A DNA stretch of 64,000 nt from Schizochytrium sp. TIO01 (taxonomy: Eukaryota > Protista > Bigyra: Labyrinthulomycetes), in assembly GCA_004764695.1 (NCBI GenBank), contig SMSO01000037.1, forward strand, positions 2,332,747-2,396,746, written 5' to 3'. The notes under the pieces were generated by a model that did no database searches, was not told the origin of the DNA, and worked only from the letters and a program-made list of their open reading frames with translations. The position numbers and the translations under genes are program-made. Shown here in pieces: positions 37,673 to 50,672 of the stretch (position 1 is the first letter of the stretch; each line of letters opens with the position of its first letter).

Positions 37673-39937
37673 TTACGCTGAAGAGTTTATCTCTCCACCC
37701 TTCGTGGGATGCAACGACTTTCTCTGAGATTTTTCTGGTATATTAAAAGAAACATAATCTTTATACCTTGCCAATGATGTGTGAGCTGCCTCATGAGCAG
37801 CTTTGAAGTGAGGAGCATATGGACTCTCAGTGAGCCATGGGTAAACTTCCTCAAGTTGATACGCGGCATCCCAAAACTTCAACCTTGCTTCGAACAGATT
37901 AATCAGCTCAGTGGTTGATGTCTCTGAATAACCTGCCCAACCTGTTTGAGAATGTACCCAATCATAGAAAGAACTGGCTTCTCTATCATCAATCGATTCA
38001 CTCGGACTCTGCAGGTAGATACAGGTGAGGGCAAGACTCTCCCAATCATCATGGACACTTGCTGGAAAGCAACACATAGCACCTGTGGATGCAAATGCTG
38101 GTGTACCTACAGGGGATAACATATTTAAAGGTTGATCACAATCTCTTCCATCATCTGCGTCACTCAGAAGAGCATAGTCAATAAGTGTCACCGTTACATG
38201 GTCAAGTTGATCATCGATACCCATCACTTCTGGATAGATATGTTCCACAATGTTAGCCGGTTTAATATCCTGATGAACAAGTCCCGCTGCACCTAATCGT
38301 TCCAAGGTATCACCGATACAGGGAAGTAAAGTTTTATTGATAAATTCCACATCCCTGCGGTCACTGAGGGAATGACCACAAACATCTGTTACAATAGCAT
38401 GCGTGAAGCCATAACTTTCAAGCATCCTCCTCCAAATGCACTCCTCATCAAGGATCTCTCCGAATCCAATGAGGTGAGGAGTATTTTCACATATTCCGAG
38501 GTTAGCGAGGCGCCTCAGAGCTCGTACCTCCAATTTAAAACGTGCGCGGCTCATGAATTTACTCGTTGCCACACCGCCACTTGTGGTGTTCAGACCACTG
38601 TATACTTCACAGTTTGGGATTGCGTGAATAAAGTAGCGCATATCGATAAAAGAACCATCGTCAAGCCTCAAAGGGTAGTCACCACCATCGCTTCGAGCTG
38701 GACCAAGTTTCGGTGGAATGCCAGATGCAGCCTTTAGAATCGAAAGTTTCAGCTCAAGCATCCAGTTTACAATAGCAGCAAATTCTTTGGGTGGTGTATC
38801 CATATCAAAACTACTTTGAAGAAAAACGATTGGACTAGGAAACTTTGAAAGCCTATAGGGAAATTGCAGTCTTTCTTTATCCGGGGTACTACTTGTGCTA
38901 CTACCCTGCTCATCATGGTTTATTTCTAGACGAACCAAATTCCATTCAGAACCAGACGTGATAATTCCATACCCAAAAAGACAACCCGAATCTATGAGCG
39001 ACTTCATATGAGGGACGTGTGCAATAATACAAATCGATTGAGCTGCAGCTTGATACAGATTAGTTTCATCGCCGAGTGTTTTCCTTACTTCGTATCCCAT
39101 AACTCCCTTCATTTTCTTTAAAGATGTGGGATTTAGTTTTTCCATTTCCTCTTTTCCGAAATAGATTAGTCCATTGGGCCATGATACCTGAAGTCCACTA
39201 TTCACATAACTGTGGGACGGTTCGCTTTCTAGCCAGAAGTTGAGCTTATCCTCACCCCTGCCACAAGCAATCTCGTTCACTGCTTGTAATGCATACTTTA
39301 AAACTCGGTCAGACAGCTTCCTGATTATTTTCTCAGGTGCCGGTTCTTTTCGATCGAAAATGCGGGATAAATCCTCCTCTTTCATGGAGTTAAAAATACT
39401 CGTTGTGAGGCCTTGCCAAGCATCATACAAAGCGGCCTCATCTAACTCTCGTTTTTCAAAATACTTTACTGTATGAAAACAGTCAAACTTTGTTTTCATT
39501 AGTTCAAGGGGCACACCCGATGCTCTGAATATTAAAAATTCATCAAGCTTTCTTTTACGATTATCGTCCTTCAACCTAGCAATCTGAGTATCTTTCTCAG
39601 CAAGAGCGCTCTCTTTCTCAGCAATCTCAGCAGACAGCTTAGCAATAGCGTCAGCATGCGCAGCAAGACTCCTACGGTACATAGCAACCACGAGATCGGG
39701 ATTGTCCAGCATCTCATCAATCTTAGCATCACTCTCATCAACCGTGCTATCGTAGTTAGCATTCTCCCCAGCCAAGTTGGCCTGAGTCCCAACCCCACCT
39801 CTATCCATATTGGTGGATCGGTCCTCGTTCCAAGCATACCCGCTGTGACGAGATCCGGTCACAGAAGAGCTCGCGTTCCTGGAGCGGCCTGAGATTGATC
39901 GGACGAACGCATGGGTACTCTGGATTACGCGTTTCAT
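37673..39937 (-). CDS. 754-aa protein: coiled coil + restriction-endonuclease-like segment + C-terminal protein kinase domain (Crinkler/CR-effector-like architecture)
   Basis: Intronless ORF. Kinase motifs HQDIKPAN, LIDYAL, GTPAFAS, DDWESL. Upstream WPNG..GYEVRK..LYQAAAQ..GYGIITSGSEWNLVRL. Heptad-like AIAKLSAEIAEKESALAEKDTQIARLK. Confidence 0.85.
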   Translation of the reverse strand: MKRVIQSTHAFVRSISGRSRNASSSVTGSRHSGYAWNEDRSTNMDRGGVGTQANLAGENANYDSTVDESDAKIDEMLDNPDLVVAMYRRSLAAHADAIAKLSAEIAEKESALAEKDTQIARLKDDNRKRKLDEFLIFRASGVPLELMKTKFDCFHTVKYFEKRELDEAALYDAWQGLTTSIFNSMKEEDLSRIFDRKEPAPEKIIRKLSDRVLKYALQAVNEIACGRGEDKLNFWLESEPSHSYVNSGLQVSWPNGLIYFGKEEMEKLNPTSLKKMKGVMGYEVRKTLGDETNLYQAAAQSICIIAHVPHMKSLIDSGCLFGYGIITSGSEWNLVRLEINHDEQGSSTSSTPDKERLQFPYRLSKFPSPIVFLQSSFDMDTPPKEFAAIVNWMLELKLSILKAASGIPPKLGPARSDGGDYPLRLDDGSFIDMRYFIHAIPNCEVYSGLNTTSGGVATSKFMSRARFKLEVRALRRLANLGICENTPHLIGFGEILDEECIWRRMLESYGFTHAIVTDVCGHSLSDRRDVEFINKTLLPCIGDTLERLGAAGLVHQDIKPANIVEHIYPEVMGIDDQLDHVTVTLIDYALLSDADDGRDCDQPLNMLSPVGTPAFASTGAMCCFPASVHDDWESLALTCIYLQSPSESIDDREASSFYDWVHSQTGWAGYSETSTTELINLFEARLKFWDAAYQLEEVYPWLTESPYAPHFKAAHEAAHTSLARYKDYVSFNIPEKSQRKSLHPTKGGEINSSA

Positions 39938-40699
39938 TAGTGCGTGGTTGTTTCTCTTTCCGCAGGCTTGTCCTTTGGGGGGAGGGGGCGGTACCGTGCT
40001 TTGACGAGTTTGGGGTTTGCTTGAGTTGAAGTATCATAATGTTATTTCTTTTATTTCGCACACCTCGAAGTAATAGTTCACTGTTTTATTAAAAATTTAA
40101 TTGAAATTGAAAAAAAATTACACATTTTTGAGATAGAGATAACAATGATACTCCTATTGATCCTTCTACTTGGGTTGAAAATTTCTTTTTAATTTATAAT
40201 TTATAAAAAGAGTATATACCTACTATGCTTAGGCCTATATACATATTAGGGAGAGGTAGGTAAGGCTCGACCAACCCAAACAATCACCTCGCAGTTGCCT
40301 CTGACAGTGGCTTTAATAAGTGCTAGCCAGGCAATAATTCAACAACAAAGCTAGATGATACTACTGTTTTTTATGTTTCTTTCAAAATTACTGCGAGAAA
40401 CTGCAGATCTCGAATCATCGTCTGTTTTTTGGATTTTGTGTTTAATTTAAATAACTTCAAGTTGAGGATCTTACAAGATCTTGTAGCGGGCAGATGAAAG
40501 CTATAAAGCTTGTTTTATTTGTTCATAGGGCCTACATATAAATTTTTTAATATACATTTTTAATTAATGTGTAGATTTTTTTGAGTATTTTTTAATTAGA
40601 TGATGCCAAAGGGCAATTTTTCTTCAACACAACCTGTCTCTGGAATGCAGGATCCGACAACCTTCTTTGTAGTTCCTTTTCATATCGTTGTAATATAGA

Positions 40700-43600
40700 T
40701 TAGAATCGTCAATTACTACTACTTTATCCCAACTTCAGATGCACTTAAACTTGCGTTTTTTTGCTTTTTTTTGTAGAACCATTCGACCTGGAAGCTGCGA
40801 ATTTTCGTACTTCGTCGAAAGAAAGGGCGATAACATGAAATTTTCTCCCCCGGACTCAAGATAACCTAGATAGATGGACATATTAAACAGTTCTCGCATT
40901 TGTCTCAAGTTGTTTGTTCCCTCTTGATTTTCAAACACACCTGGCGGAGAATCTATATTCTTCTATACTTCATAAATATAATCTTTGGGATGATTTTGAC
41001 CAAATCAGCATCCTATACATCTTCATTATGATTAATCTCTTTATCTGCATCAATCCCATTTAGACTCTGGAGAGAAGCAAGATCGTTTCCTACATTCATA
41101 GTCATAGTGGGGCTTTCTCTTTGCTGCACCTGACAAAGTTTAAGCATTTTCTGAAATTGAGGAGGCACTATGTACTATCGTCATCTTCACCACTACTAGA
41201 GGATACTGAAGCTATTTTTCTGAGTCTTCTTCTTTTCCCAGATGGTACTGGCGCGGTTTTCTTCTCTTTTGGATTTTGAGAAATTAAACTATTCTCAATC
41301 TCATCAGCAGTAACAGGAGGAACGATGCTAGAAAGATCTACCAGAGGCTCCACCCTCTCCTTCAAATCAGTCAAATTATTTATTCTGGGCGTTTCTGCTC
41401 TGTGGAACGAGCAAGACCTATTTTCGATTGATCTCAGTATCACTGTCTGCGCAAATAACGGCGCTTTGGAGGTTAATTTGTCTTTTTTAACATCTCCTTT
41501 GCGCTCACTTTTGATAACATTGTTATAGGAGTGATACACGCGAGTGTTCATCTTGGCTGGAATCCTTATGTGTTTCCATCGGCCATAAATAAATGGCCAT
41601 TTGATATAGCCTGTCCCACTTAGGCGCTTGTCTCACTGCATCAAACAGTTCTGGATTTTACGTGCGCATCCATTCGCGTGTGCTAGATGGACTATCATCT
41701 TGATTATCACTGAAGTCTCCCTCGATAGTAGTTTGAGAGTTATCGTAAACACTAATCTCGTCATCTTGTTGCGGGCATCCAAATGCAGAACCACATATCC
41801 ACTCCCCAGCTAATTCATAGTTGTACCGATCATGGACACAGCTTTAGTAATATCTAACCTGGTAGAATGAATGCTTTCATTCGTATCGAGTGACTCAGTG
41901 CTGCTATTTGCACTGTGCTCATGTTTAAGACCTCTGTTTCCGTCTGCTTCACCTTCCTTTGAAGGAGAAACTTGGCGCACATAAGTTCTAGCAGTAAGGA
42001 TTATCTGTTCTTAGAAGACAGTAGTATTACCTTAAGCTGATTTATCTTGTTGTATGGAGCTTTCTCCTTCCTCAATGATCTTCTGTACTGCAAGATTGAA
42101 GGATTGGGATAGTTGTACCTGTGTGTGCATTTTGATGAATGTTTTAAATGGGTAACCACTTCGATGGAGCCCATTAAGAAAACAATTCCACATCTTACGT
42201 AGGAAACGATAGATGACACTCTTTGTGTCTACCTGACGAAGTTCACTAAATTGTTGCTCACGCCAAAATTAGTAAGAAAGGACAATAAAACTCAGGAAAC
42301 GTCTTTCGGGTGGATTGAGTGAGGCCTAGAACTGGTGAAATATAGACGGAGTCTTCTTAAAAGAGCTTTGGAAGGATGGTAAGGGTATGCTGACATTTTG
42401 TCTGGGCATCATATGAGTTTGTTCCAGTGTCTCGTCATGAACAGCGGGTGTTTGAATCCGGTCCAAAGCACTCCTAAACCAGTTCTTTCACATTTTTGCA
42501 GGGTTTCCCGTCTCCTTTGCTATCCTATTGGATTAGATTTTAGATGCAGTAGAATGGCTAATTACTGCACCCTTGCTAGCTCTCTTTGCCCGTGCTGAGT
42601 ATGCTGTTCGTCTGGGATTCATTAGGCTAGTTGGGATTCGCGGGGGAGGAATCCTAGGTGGGATAAACTTCCCTTCAACACTTTCTGTATCAGAAATCGC
42701 TTTTGGCTCATCAGTATCTTCTAACGATTGGTTTGAGCTTGTTAGTGACTGCAGTGTGTACCCAATGTTCCAAAGCTTCTTCAATAGTATGATCACGGAC
42801 TGTTGTCTCACTTACAGAGACACTTAAAATTGCTGAAGCTAGAATTCAGGGTTGATAGATTCACCAGCGAGATTTACTTCTGTTGATGCGAATGTAGCAG
42901 GGACTCCAATCATGTGAGGGCTAGTCTCTTGGGCAAGAGGTAGCACATAAAAGAGCTCTGCGATACCTTTAGCAGCATGTGGCAGCGGCACAAATAATCC
43001 TTCGCTGTGCTCCAATTTATATGCTGAGTCATACAGTGACCTTGTACCAATGAAGGATCTGATCTGCTGGTGCTCATTCATCCAAGCGTGTACTCCATGC
43101 AATGGTACAATGCGATGGCTTATTCCTTCGCCTGGAGTTGTAGCTCGCCCGCCCACGTTATGGTGATAGTCAGCTGCACTTTTAAAGTCAATAATCTCAC
43201 CTATGTAGCGCTTCCGAAATTCGTTGTGATCATCTACTGTACGTTTAAATATTCCAGCCAGGTACTGCCTTGGGGGACCAAGGCTGCCATCGTATGTGCA
43301 GTGATCCAGGGAACTCATGAAACTTAGGAAACTCGGAAACTCTGCTGGCTTAACCTTGTTTGCCTTTCCGGCCCATCCAGAGCTGTTCGAAATGATGAAG
43401 TAAGCCTACAGAAGACTGAGCGCAGATTGCTTCTTCAGGTATTCCTTGACATTATCAGTCGAAAGGTAAAGCCTTTCGAAGGTATGTTCCAAGTCGGTTG
43501 TTAGCAAGAATGGAAGATACTTTTGCAAGATCTTCATTCCCCTACTTGTAGAGTGAAAAATGAACTCCAGAACCTCTATCGTGAATCCTGAATGTGCGAA

Positions 43601-44580
43601 TGGATAGATTGGGTAAGCGAGCACCACCATGTCAGAAACTTTATGCAAACATGTATCAGTCAGAGAGTCGAAGGCAAAGCTATTACAGGTAGGCGTTACG
43701 TACATATACATCGCAGTTGTTGCATAATGAACGCCATCCTTCAATAAGAATCGTGACATTAAAGAAATTTTCCAAGTTTTATCATTTGATGCGCCCTCGT
43801 GAGAAATTTGTCTTTGAGGCCCTAAACGCCCTAACTGCGGAAAGGACGTGCGATGTAAGGAATACAGGTATCGAACAGTCGGGGGTGAAACCAAAGGTTT
43901 GACCCAATCACCTTTTTTACGCAAGATCTTTTTCATCCAACTGAGCCGTAAGTCATTCTCCGAGCTACTCATTGAGCTGTAGCCTTCATAAGGACAGCTC
44001 TTCTTGCAGTGTGGGTCGTCAGGGCTTGATATATGTTTTGCTTATTCATTCTGTGTTGGACTAGGCGGTTTATCGTTGTGGACCTCTTCTAAAGCAGGGC
44101 ATACACAATTTTCTCAACTATGCGCAGAATCTTGGAAGGCGATTCCTATATGCCTTGGTATCCTGGAAAAACAACTTTCTTTTGAGTTTGACATTCATTC
44201 GACTTCTGCATGCTATGACTGGAAACTATGTTTCCCTTCATGGGAGACTCTTAGTAAAGGCCATTTGCGCGGGTATGGAAACCGCTAATCTCTGGCAATT
44301 GATTGCAGTGAGGAGCTAAAAGTTGAAGGAGTCTATCTATTTTCATTGCAAGCTGCCCAAGTGCCTAGCAAGTCCTGTGAAACCACAAAATTCCGTGTTC
44401 CCCGCCTTATTGTTCCTGCTTCGAGCAAGAACTCTAACAAAAGAGCAATTCCGCGCGCTACGAGTTAGATGAATTACTTTTGAAGGCTTTGAATGTAGCC
44501 ACAAGTCCTGTGGAGTCCCTCAGACTAGTTTTGAGACTTGATGAATCTCTCCAGGTTGCCAAGCGAGGGTCTTCAACAAA
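40700..44580 (-). pseudogene. Large decayed ORF (>1000 codons) of unknown family
   Basis: ORF-track fragments 43406-43972, 42839-43318 and 42533-42811 share one frame separated by isolated stops. The frame continues with sparse stops to ~41800, then shifts. Confidence 0.6.
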
Positions 44581-45183
44581 TAAGTGCTCTTGTTTAAACC
44601 ACACACACACACAATTCACTACTAAGATTTAACTACTACTTTCCTTATGGGCACCACGGACTTTGTCCAGAAATAGCATTTTAGTACACTTCCCAATTTT
44701 TAAAATCTGTATGATTAGGGCTTTCTTTTCTTTTAATAATCATCGAAATAGAAAAAGGGTTGCGGAGCGAGGCGGAGAGAAAGTTACAGCAGAGTGGTTC
44801 ATATGTTTGCTTGCTCCATATATGCAATAGGGTTCTTGTTAAACGTGTTAGCACGTCACGCAGAGTTTGCGCCTTGTGCCCATGCTCGTAGGTTATATAC
44901 AAGAGCAGACTGCAAAGAGCTGCCAGGCAAAGCATCTACAGTCAAAGCAGTTTTACATTCATATGGTATAAAATGCTCAATAATTCACTCGTATATAATT
45001 CACTCATTTATATGGGTATTCGGCTATACCAAGGTACTACTAGGTAGGTACTAGTGCCTAATGCAAACTAATGAGGTTGTATAGTGGGTAGGCTGAGAGG
45101 TAGACATAGGCTAGACCAGGTATCTACAGAAAGGTAGATAGACGGACAGAAGCAAAGCTTGAACGGCCAAGCTAAACTTCGTG

Positions 45184-46438
45184 ATGCTCCTCCTTGCCAG
45201 AAGCTACGCTGCGGCACCCTCGCGCCTCAGCATCCGTGCGGTGCCACTCATCAGAGCTGCCTCCACCGCTACTGGGAAAGATGCTTCCGTGATCTCCAGC
45301 GAGCAGCCTGCGCCGCAGACCAAGGCCGGCAAGGTTAAGACCGGCATTGTCATGCTCAACATGGGCGGTCCTTCGGAGCCTGAAGAGACTGGACCGTTTC
45401 TGAACAGGCTATTCCGTGACACAGATATTATTGATCTCGGCGGAGGGCCAGATCCAGGAGCTTTTCGGTACGTGGGTTGCAAAGCGGCGCACGCCCAAGA
45501 TCACCAAGCAGTATGAGGAAATCGGCGGAAGCCCCATTCGAAAGTGGACAGCGCACCAGGGCAAGCGGATGGCAGAAATCTTGGACCAAATTCACCCAGA
45601 AAGTGCACCGCATAAGGCATACACTGCGTTCAGATACGCTGCGCCACTGACAGACGAGGCCTTGCTGGAGATGAAGGAAGATGGCGTCGAACATGCCATT
45701 GCGTTCTCGCAGTTCCCTCAGTGGTCTTGTACCACCTCCGGTTCAAGCATGAACGAGCTCTGGAGGGAGATCCGTAGACTCGGTATGCAAGATACATTCC
45801 GGTGGAGTCTTATCGATCGCTGGCCCCTACACCAAGGCTTTTTAGATGCCGTTTCAGAACGCATCGAAGAACGTTTGCTCGAGTTTGATGAAAAGACACG
45901 CAAAAACGTTATTATTGTCTTCAGCGCCCACTCCGTTCCCATGAAAGTGGTAGAAAAGGGTGATCACTATGTCAGCGAGGTTGCTGCTAGCGTCAAGTCT
46001 ATCATGGATAACTTTGAGAACAAGGTTGTCTTACAAGACAAGATTCCAGGCCTTCGCACCACGAACAAACATGTTCTTGCATGGCAAAGCAAGGTTGGAT
46101 TCCTTCCCTGGATGGTTCCAGACACGGCCTCGACTCTGGAAAACCTTGGCCGCAAGGGCCATAAGGCCGTGCTTGTTGTTCCAGTCGCCTTTACCTCCGA
46201 TCATATTGAGACTTTATTCGAAATTGGCATCGAGTATGCCGAGGACGCAAAGAAAGCTGGTATTGCAGATTTTAAATACACCGAAGGTCTCAATGGGTCC
46301 GAGACCTTTTGTAATGCCCTGGCAGATATTGTTGCTAAGCACCTTGATGCAAAGCAAAACTATTCTCCACAGTATAAGATGAAATGTCTTACCTGCCAGA
46401 AGCCCATGTGCCGTCAAGTCATGAATCCCGCTTATTAA
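45184..46438 (+). CDS. FECH: Mitochondrial ferrochelatase (~417 aa after correcting a 1-nt insertion at 45445-45447)
   Basis: TGIVMLNMGGP, KQYEEIGG-SP, AFRYAAP, FPQWSCTTSGSS, FSAHSVP, WQSKVG..W..P, AFTSDHIETLFE. N-terminal Arg/Ala/Ser-rich presequence. C-terminal C-x2-C-x4-C. Confidence 0.95.
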
Positions 46439-47537
46439 CATGTTGATTTTCTCTTTTTTGGCCATGGTGACAATGACCTAGAACAGCTAATCAGTGCGAT
46501 TATATCTTGTGCGTGATAATCGGGATACAAGTGAAGGGGGGGGGATAACTGGTGATTAGAACTTTGATCTGCCCTCTTCATGAGGCGAGTAGTTGAGACG
46601 TTCAGCCATTTATTAGATATCAAGGCGGACGCACAGGAATAGGTGAGCAGAGTACTCAGTGAATGCTAACAACACGAGCAATAGCATGATATACCTACAG
46701 CATCGGGTCGTTTGATTGTTCAATGGCCTGCATGACTATTTTGTGAAAGCTTAGCAAGTTAGTTAATAAACAACAGAATAAATCGAAGTCTTTTTTCTCC
46801 TTTGCTATAGTGTATGGAAGGATAACAGTCTATGCCCTTTTAATTTTGTGTATTGATTTCGGCTTGTAAGATAATTTAGTTGAGCCCGACTACACATGCA
46901 CTTCAAACTCCTAGCCTTGTTTTTTCCAATCGGGAAACTAAGTTTCAAAGCCCTTAAAAGGATCGGCAGGAACGCCTCAAAGAGACTATACACTATTGCA
47001 CATAAGCTATACCAGTAGTAGTGCCCAAAATCACCTCTTTTCTGATTTCAGCATTTTGATCCATTGAAGACAAAGAAACATAACAACATCAGTGGTAATA
47101 ATTATACGAAAGAGGAAAGAAAAGTCTGTACCCACTGCACTGCAGCCGATAATTTAGAGACACAGAATGAGGTAAGTACAAAGAGTATAGCATGTACGCG
47201 AACAGGAGTTCATTCACGTCAAGGAAAAGGAGCCGAGAATTTCTGCTTTGGTGACCATGATATATAGTCAATTTTATAGCTAAATAGCGAGCAAATCCGC
47301 ATACACGGGCGTTATATTTCACAGAAACTAGCTTATTTTGCTATCATGTCATTCTCGAGGCTCACGTTACACAATATGAAACCTCTCTGTGTGCTGCAAC
47401 GTTAAAGTAGCTTGAGGCAACAACAACTCTAGTGACATGAATAACTATGGTTTGTTGTTCACTGAAGCAAATGAGTGATTACACGAGAAAGAGAGAGAGA
47501 AACAAATTGCAATAATCCAAAACAAGCATGATTATCC

Positions 47538-48242
47538 TCACCTCCCTGCGTGAATATCATCATCTGAAATATAAGGATTATCTGTCTCAAAGTTGCGAGA
47601 GGATGATCGCCATGATGACGTTCGTCGTATCATTGCCATTGCAGAGGATCCAGCGCGAGAAAGGCGACCTTGAAAGCTACCGGCTCGCTTACGAGCAGCT
47701 TCTTCCTTCTTTAGCCGCGCTTGCTCGCGCACTTGTTCCTGAGAATCTTCGAGAGCTCTGACAAACCTGTGGAAAAAATTGTCATTCATGAGACGAAAAA
47801 TTTCAATTTTTGCAAGATCGAAGGTGTCTTCTTCAAAGTATTTTGTACGACGGATGGTTTCCGCTTCTCTAGCGGGAAGGTTGACTTGGAGTAGTGAGCC
47901 TGGTTCAAGAAATTTCTCAACCATCTGAGTGCCCGCTGTTTGGCGCCAGTGTGGTTTATCAATTTTTTGATATAGCTCAATTGTTTCAAAGAAAAGAAGA
48001 TTTTCCTGTGCCAAAGAGCGTCGCAGAAATTCTCGAAATTGGTTCCGCATATGTGGTCTGCGAAGCACCTCTTGCAGGTCCTTTGGCTTTTGATAGGCTT
48101 GTTCTAGGAACAAATCTTCATGTGTGACATCAAGGTCAAGCGTGGTCTCTGCAACAGCTTCTGCGTTTGCTGTGTTCTTTTTACGATTTCTTCGAAAGCT
48201 ACCTTTCCTGGAGGATGCTGCCGTCGAAAGAAACAAACCCAT
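47538..48242 (-). CDS. RGS (regulator of G-protein signalling) domain protein, 234 aa
   Basis: FREFLRRSLAQENLLFF...KFLEPGSLLQVNL...FDLAKIEIFRLMNDNFFHRF matches the RGS-box consensus. Confidence 0.9.
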   Translation of the reverse strand: MGLFLSTAASSRKGSFRRNRKKNTANAEAVAETTLDLDVTHEDLFLEQAYQKPKDLQEVLRRPHMRNQFREFLRRSLAQENLLFFETIELYQKIDKPHWRQTAGTQMVEKFLEPGSLLQVNLPAREAETIRRTKYFEEDTFDLAKIEIFRLMNDNFFHRFVRALEDSQEQVREQARLKKEEAARKRAGSFQGRLSRAGSSAMAMIRRTSSWRSSSRNFETDNPYISDDDIHAGR

Positions 48243-50672
48243 GGGGTTGTTTTATATATGTTTAGATAATGCTACTCGTTATCGTCAGTCCACGCTTTGC
48301 GAACAAAATATCAAACCTAGGTAACACACGCTTAGGGGTCGAAAGCTGGGTTCGTACAACAGGGCGCAAAGACCTCTCGTGTTGGTTGATCCCCTGCTAA
48401 ATAAGCCGTGCGTGTGCAAGGTCTCCACAATTGCCAAGGCTTGTTCAAGTTCAAAATATAGGCCGGGGTTGCACGTGCTAAGGTTCCTTTGATCTTGCAG
48501 AGGTAGAAAGAGACAAGTCTCTAGTATCACAAACTCTGTTGCTAGCTTCACGAGCACGGCCCAGCCAGCGATGACCACCTGGTGCTGGGTTTGCTTGGTA
48601 CCGTATAGCAAATGAAGAGAGAGCTGTGATGATGTTCTGACTAAACTGATGTAAAAAGGTGAGAAGTCCAAGTGCCCGAGGTGGGCTCGTATAGTGTTCT
48701 TAATTGTGTAGAAAGACTGTTACTGCTAATAATTTGCCTATGTTCAAATACTAACAATGCAAGTATTTTTTAATTTATTATTATTATACATCTATCATCA
48801 CCGTGACGCGAGCGAGAAATTATTCTTACCTAACTAACCGCTAGGTCGTATGGCACTTGCTTTGATAAAGTAAGTCAACACTCTTCCTCGACAGAGAGGC
48901 AAGTAGCTGCTTATTTGGAATAATAATAATAATTATTATTATTATTTGCTATACTATGCCATGGCTAAGAAGAAGCTGATGCCCCTATACTACCGTAGAG
49001 TAGGCTTATTGCTACAGCAATTGCTATCGTTTTGATGGTGATAGAATAGCACACCTTTTGCAGCACGTGTGCACCAACTTTGGAAGATCACCTGACAAAG
49101 TCGTCATCATCTTCATCATTTACTTACTTGATACCTACTCAAGCTTCGAGTCAAGGTGCTTACGTAAAGAGCTAACACTCAACTCATTCCTACTCATTAA
49201 AGCCGCGATTTCAAACATCAATTCATAGTAGGTACCCACTAAATAGTAAGGTGACCTGCATCCTGCGCCGAATGAATTCTCCCTCGCTCGCTTTCTCCCT
49301 TGAGCTGGAATAGTTACAAGTCCACACCATAACCTTCTTTTCATAGAATTTGATTAATTCATTCCTCCAAAAGGGTTTTCAAGAGTTCAATATCATTCTT
49401 TGCCAAACGCTGAACTAACTCCTTTTAACTTGTTTGGACGGTGATAGTGGCGATATACATAGCGCAGCGCAAGAGCCGTGGTGTCAGACAGTCAAGAACT
49501 ACATATAGTGTGTACCTGTGCACCTATTCATCGAAAAGCCTAATTAAAAAACAAAATTGATGGCCTTACTTAGCAAGGGAAGAGAGGTTTTATTCTAGAG
49601 AGGAAGAAGCGGACAACTTTCTGAAACATTTGTTCATCGAAGATCATTCGCTTTATTATTAGGTACTTCAATATAAAGTTAATGACTCCTTGAATAGTCT
49701 ATAGGGCGAGGGGCCTGCCTACTACTAGTAAGAGTTCATTTTGAGTGACATAGGAAACCAGCTCGTGGCACGCAAGAGGACAGCAACTTGAGAAAAGGCA
49801 TCGAGAAACGAAATCGCGTTCTGTATAACTTCATATAAATCTTTAACTCTCCGAAAAACACCACGCAGTCAACTTTTAGGCCTTGGTAGGGTAAGAGGGA
49901 ATCCAAGCTTTAAATATCAAAGCTGCTGCTTCGAAGTAACCAATCGCGTAGCCATATTCTGCAAGTAAAAAGTGAGTATAGGAATAAGTTAAAATTAGAT
50001 GCAACAGATAGTTGTCTTTAAAACTGCTGGCGAGTGCCTAGCAAGGACTTCATAGTCGCGCAATGCGTGCTTTTTCAAAGTTATAATTGGTCTGACCTAA
50101 AAGGAAAGGAAGGGAGACCCCATCCACAATGACTTTCATCAGAAGGGGAAATGAAAGAGCAGGATATTAGAAATGTCATGTTCGAAACTGTAAGCAAAGG
50201 ATAGTACTGGGTACTGGGAAAGAAAAAAGTTAAAAATATAAAAACGATGCACTGGTCTCTCCTTCCCACTGGATGCCGTGGGGTACTGGGAAAGTATTAC
50301 GCATGAAATGCTGACGGGGAGTATATTTAGTTTTTCTCTTTTATTTATATACTTTTTTTTTTTGATGGTTTGTGGTTTTATTGATGAGAGAAGATGAAGT
50401 TTCGCCCATTGATTTTGGTTTTCGTTTTGTTCCAGTGGTTAGTACACGGCAATAGAAGATTGAGAAATTGGCATTTTTATGTACTTGCACCATGATCATT
50501 GGGCAATTACAGCATGGAAACTAAACACGTGCTCGAAGAAAGAAGGAAACAAAACGGGGGGTTGTAAAACTCAACCCATGTCCATTGCTGACAGAAAGAA
50601 CGCATTGCCTTTTGTGTTTCTGCATCGTGCGTGGAACAACCAAATAGTATCGTGCTAGTACTCCACCTCTCC

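Noticed and set aside
40700-44580. Alternative genetic code (stop read-through) explaining the in-frame stops
   Set aside because: All three stop types occur along with frameshifts, and neighbouring intact genes use TAA/TGA as normal stops.
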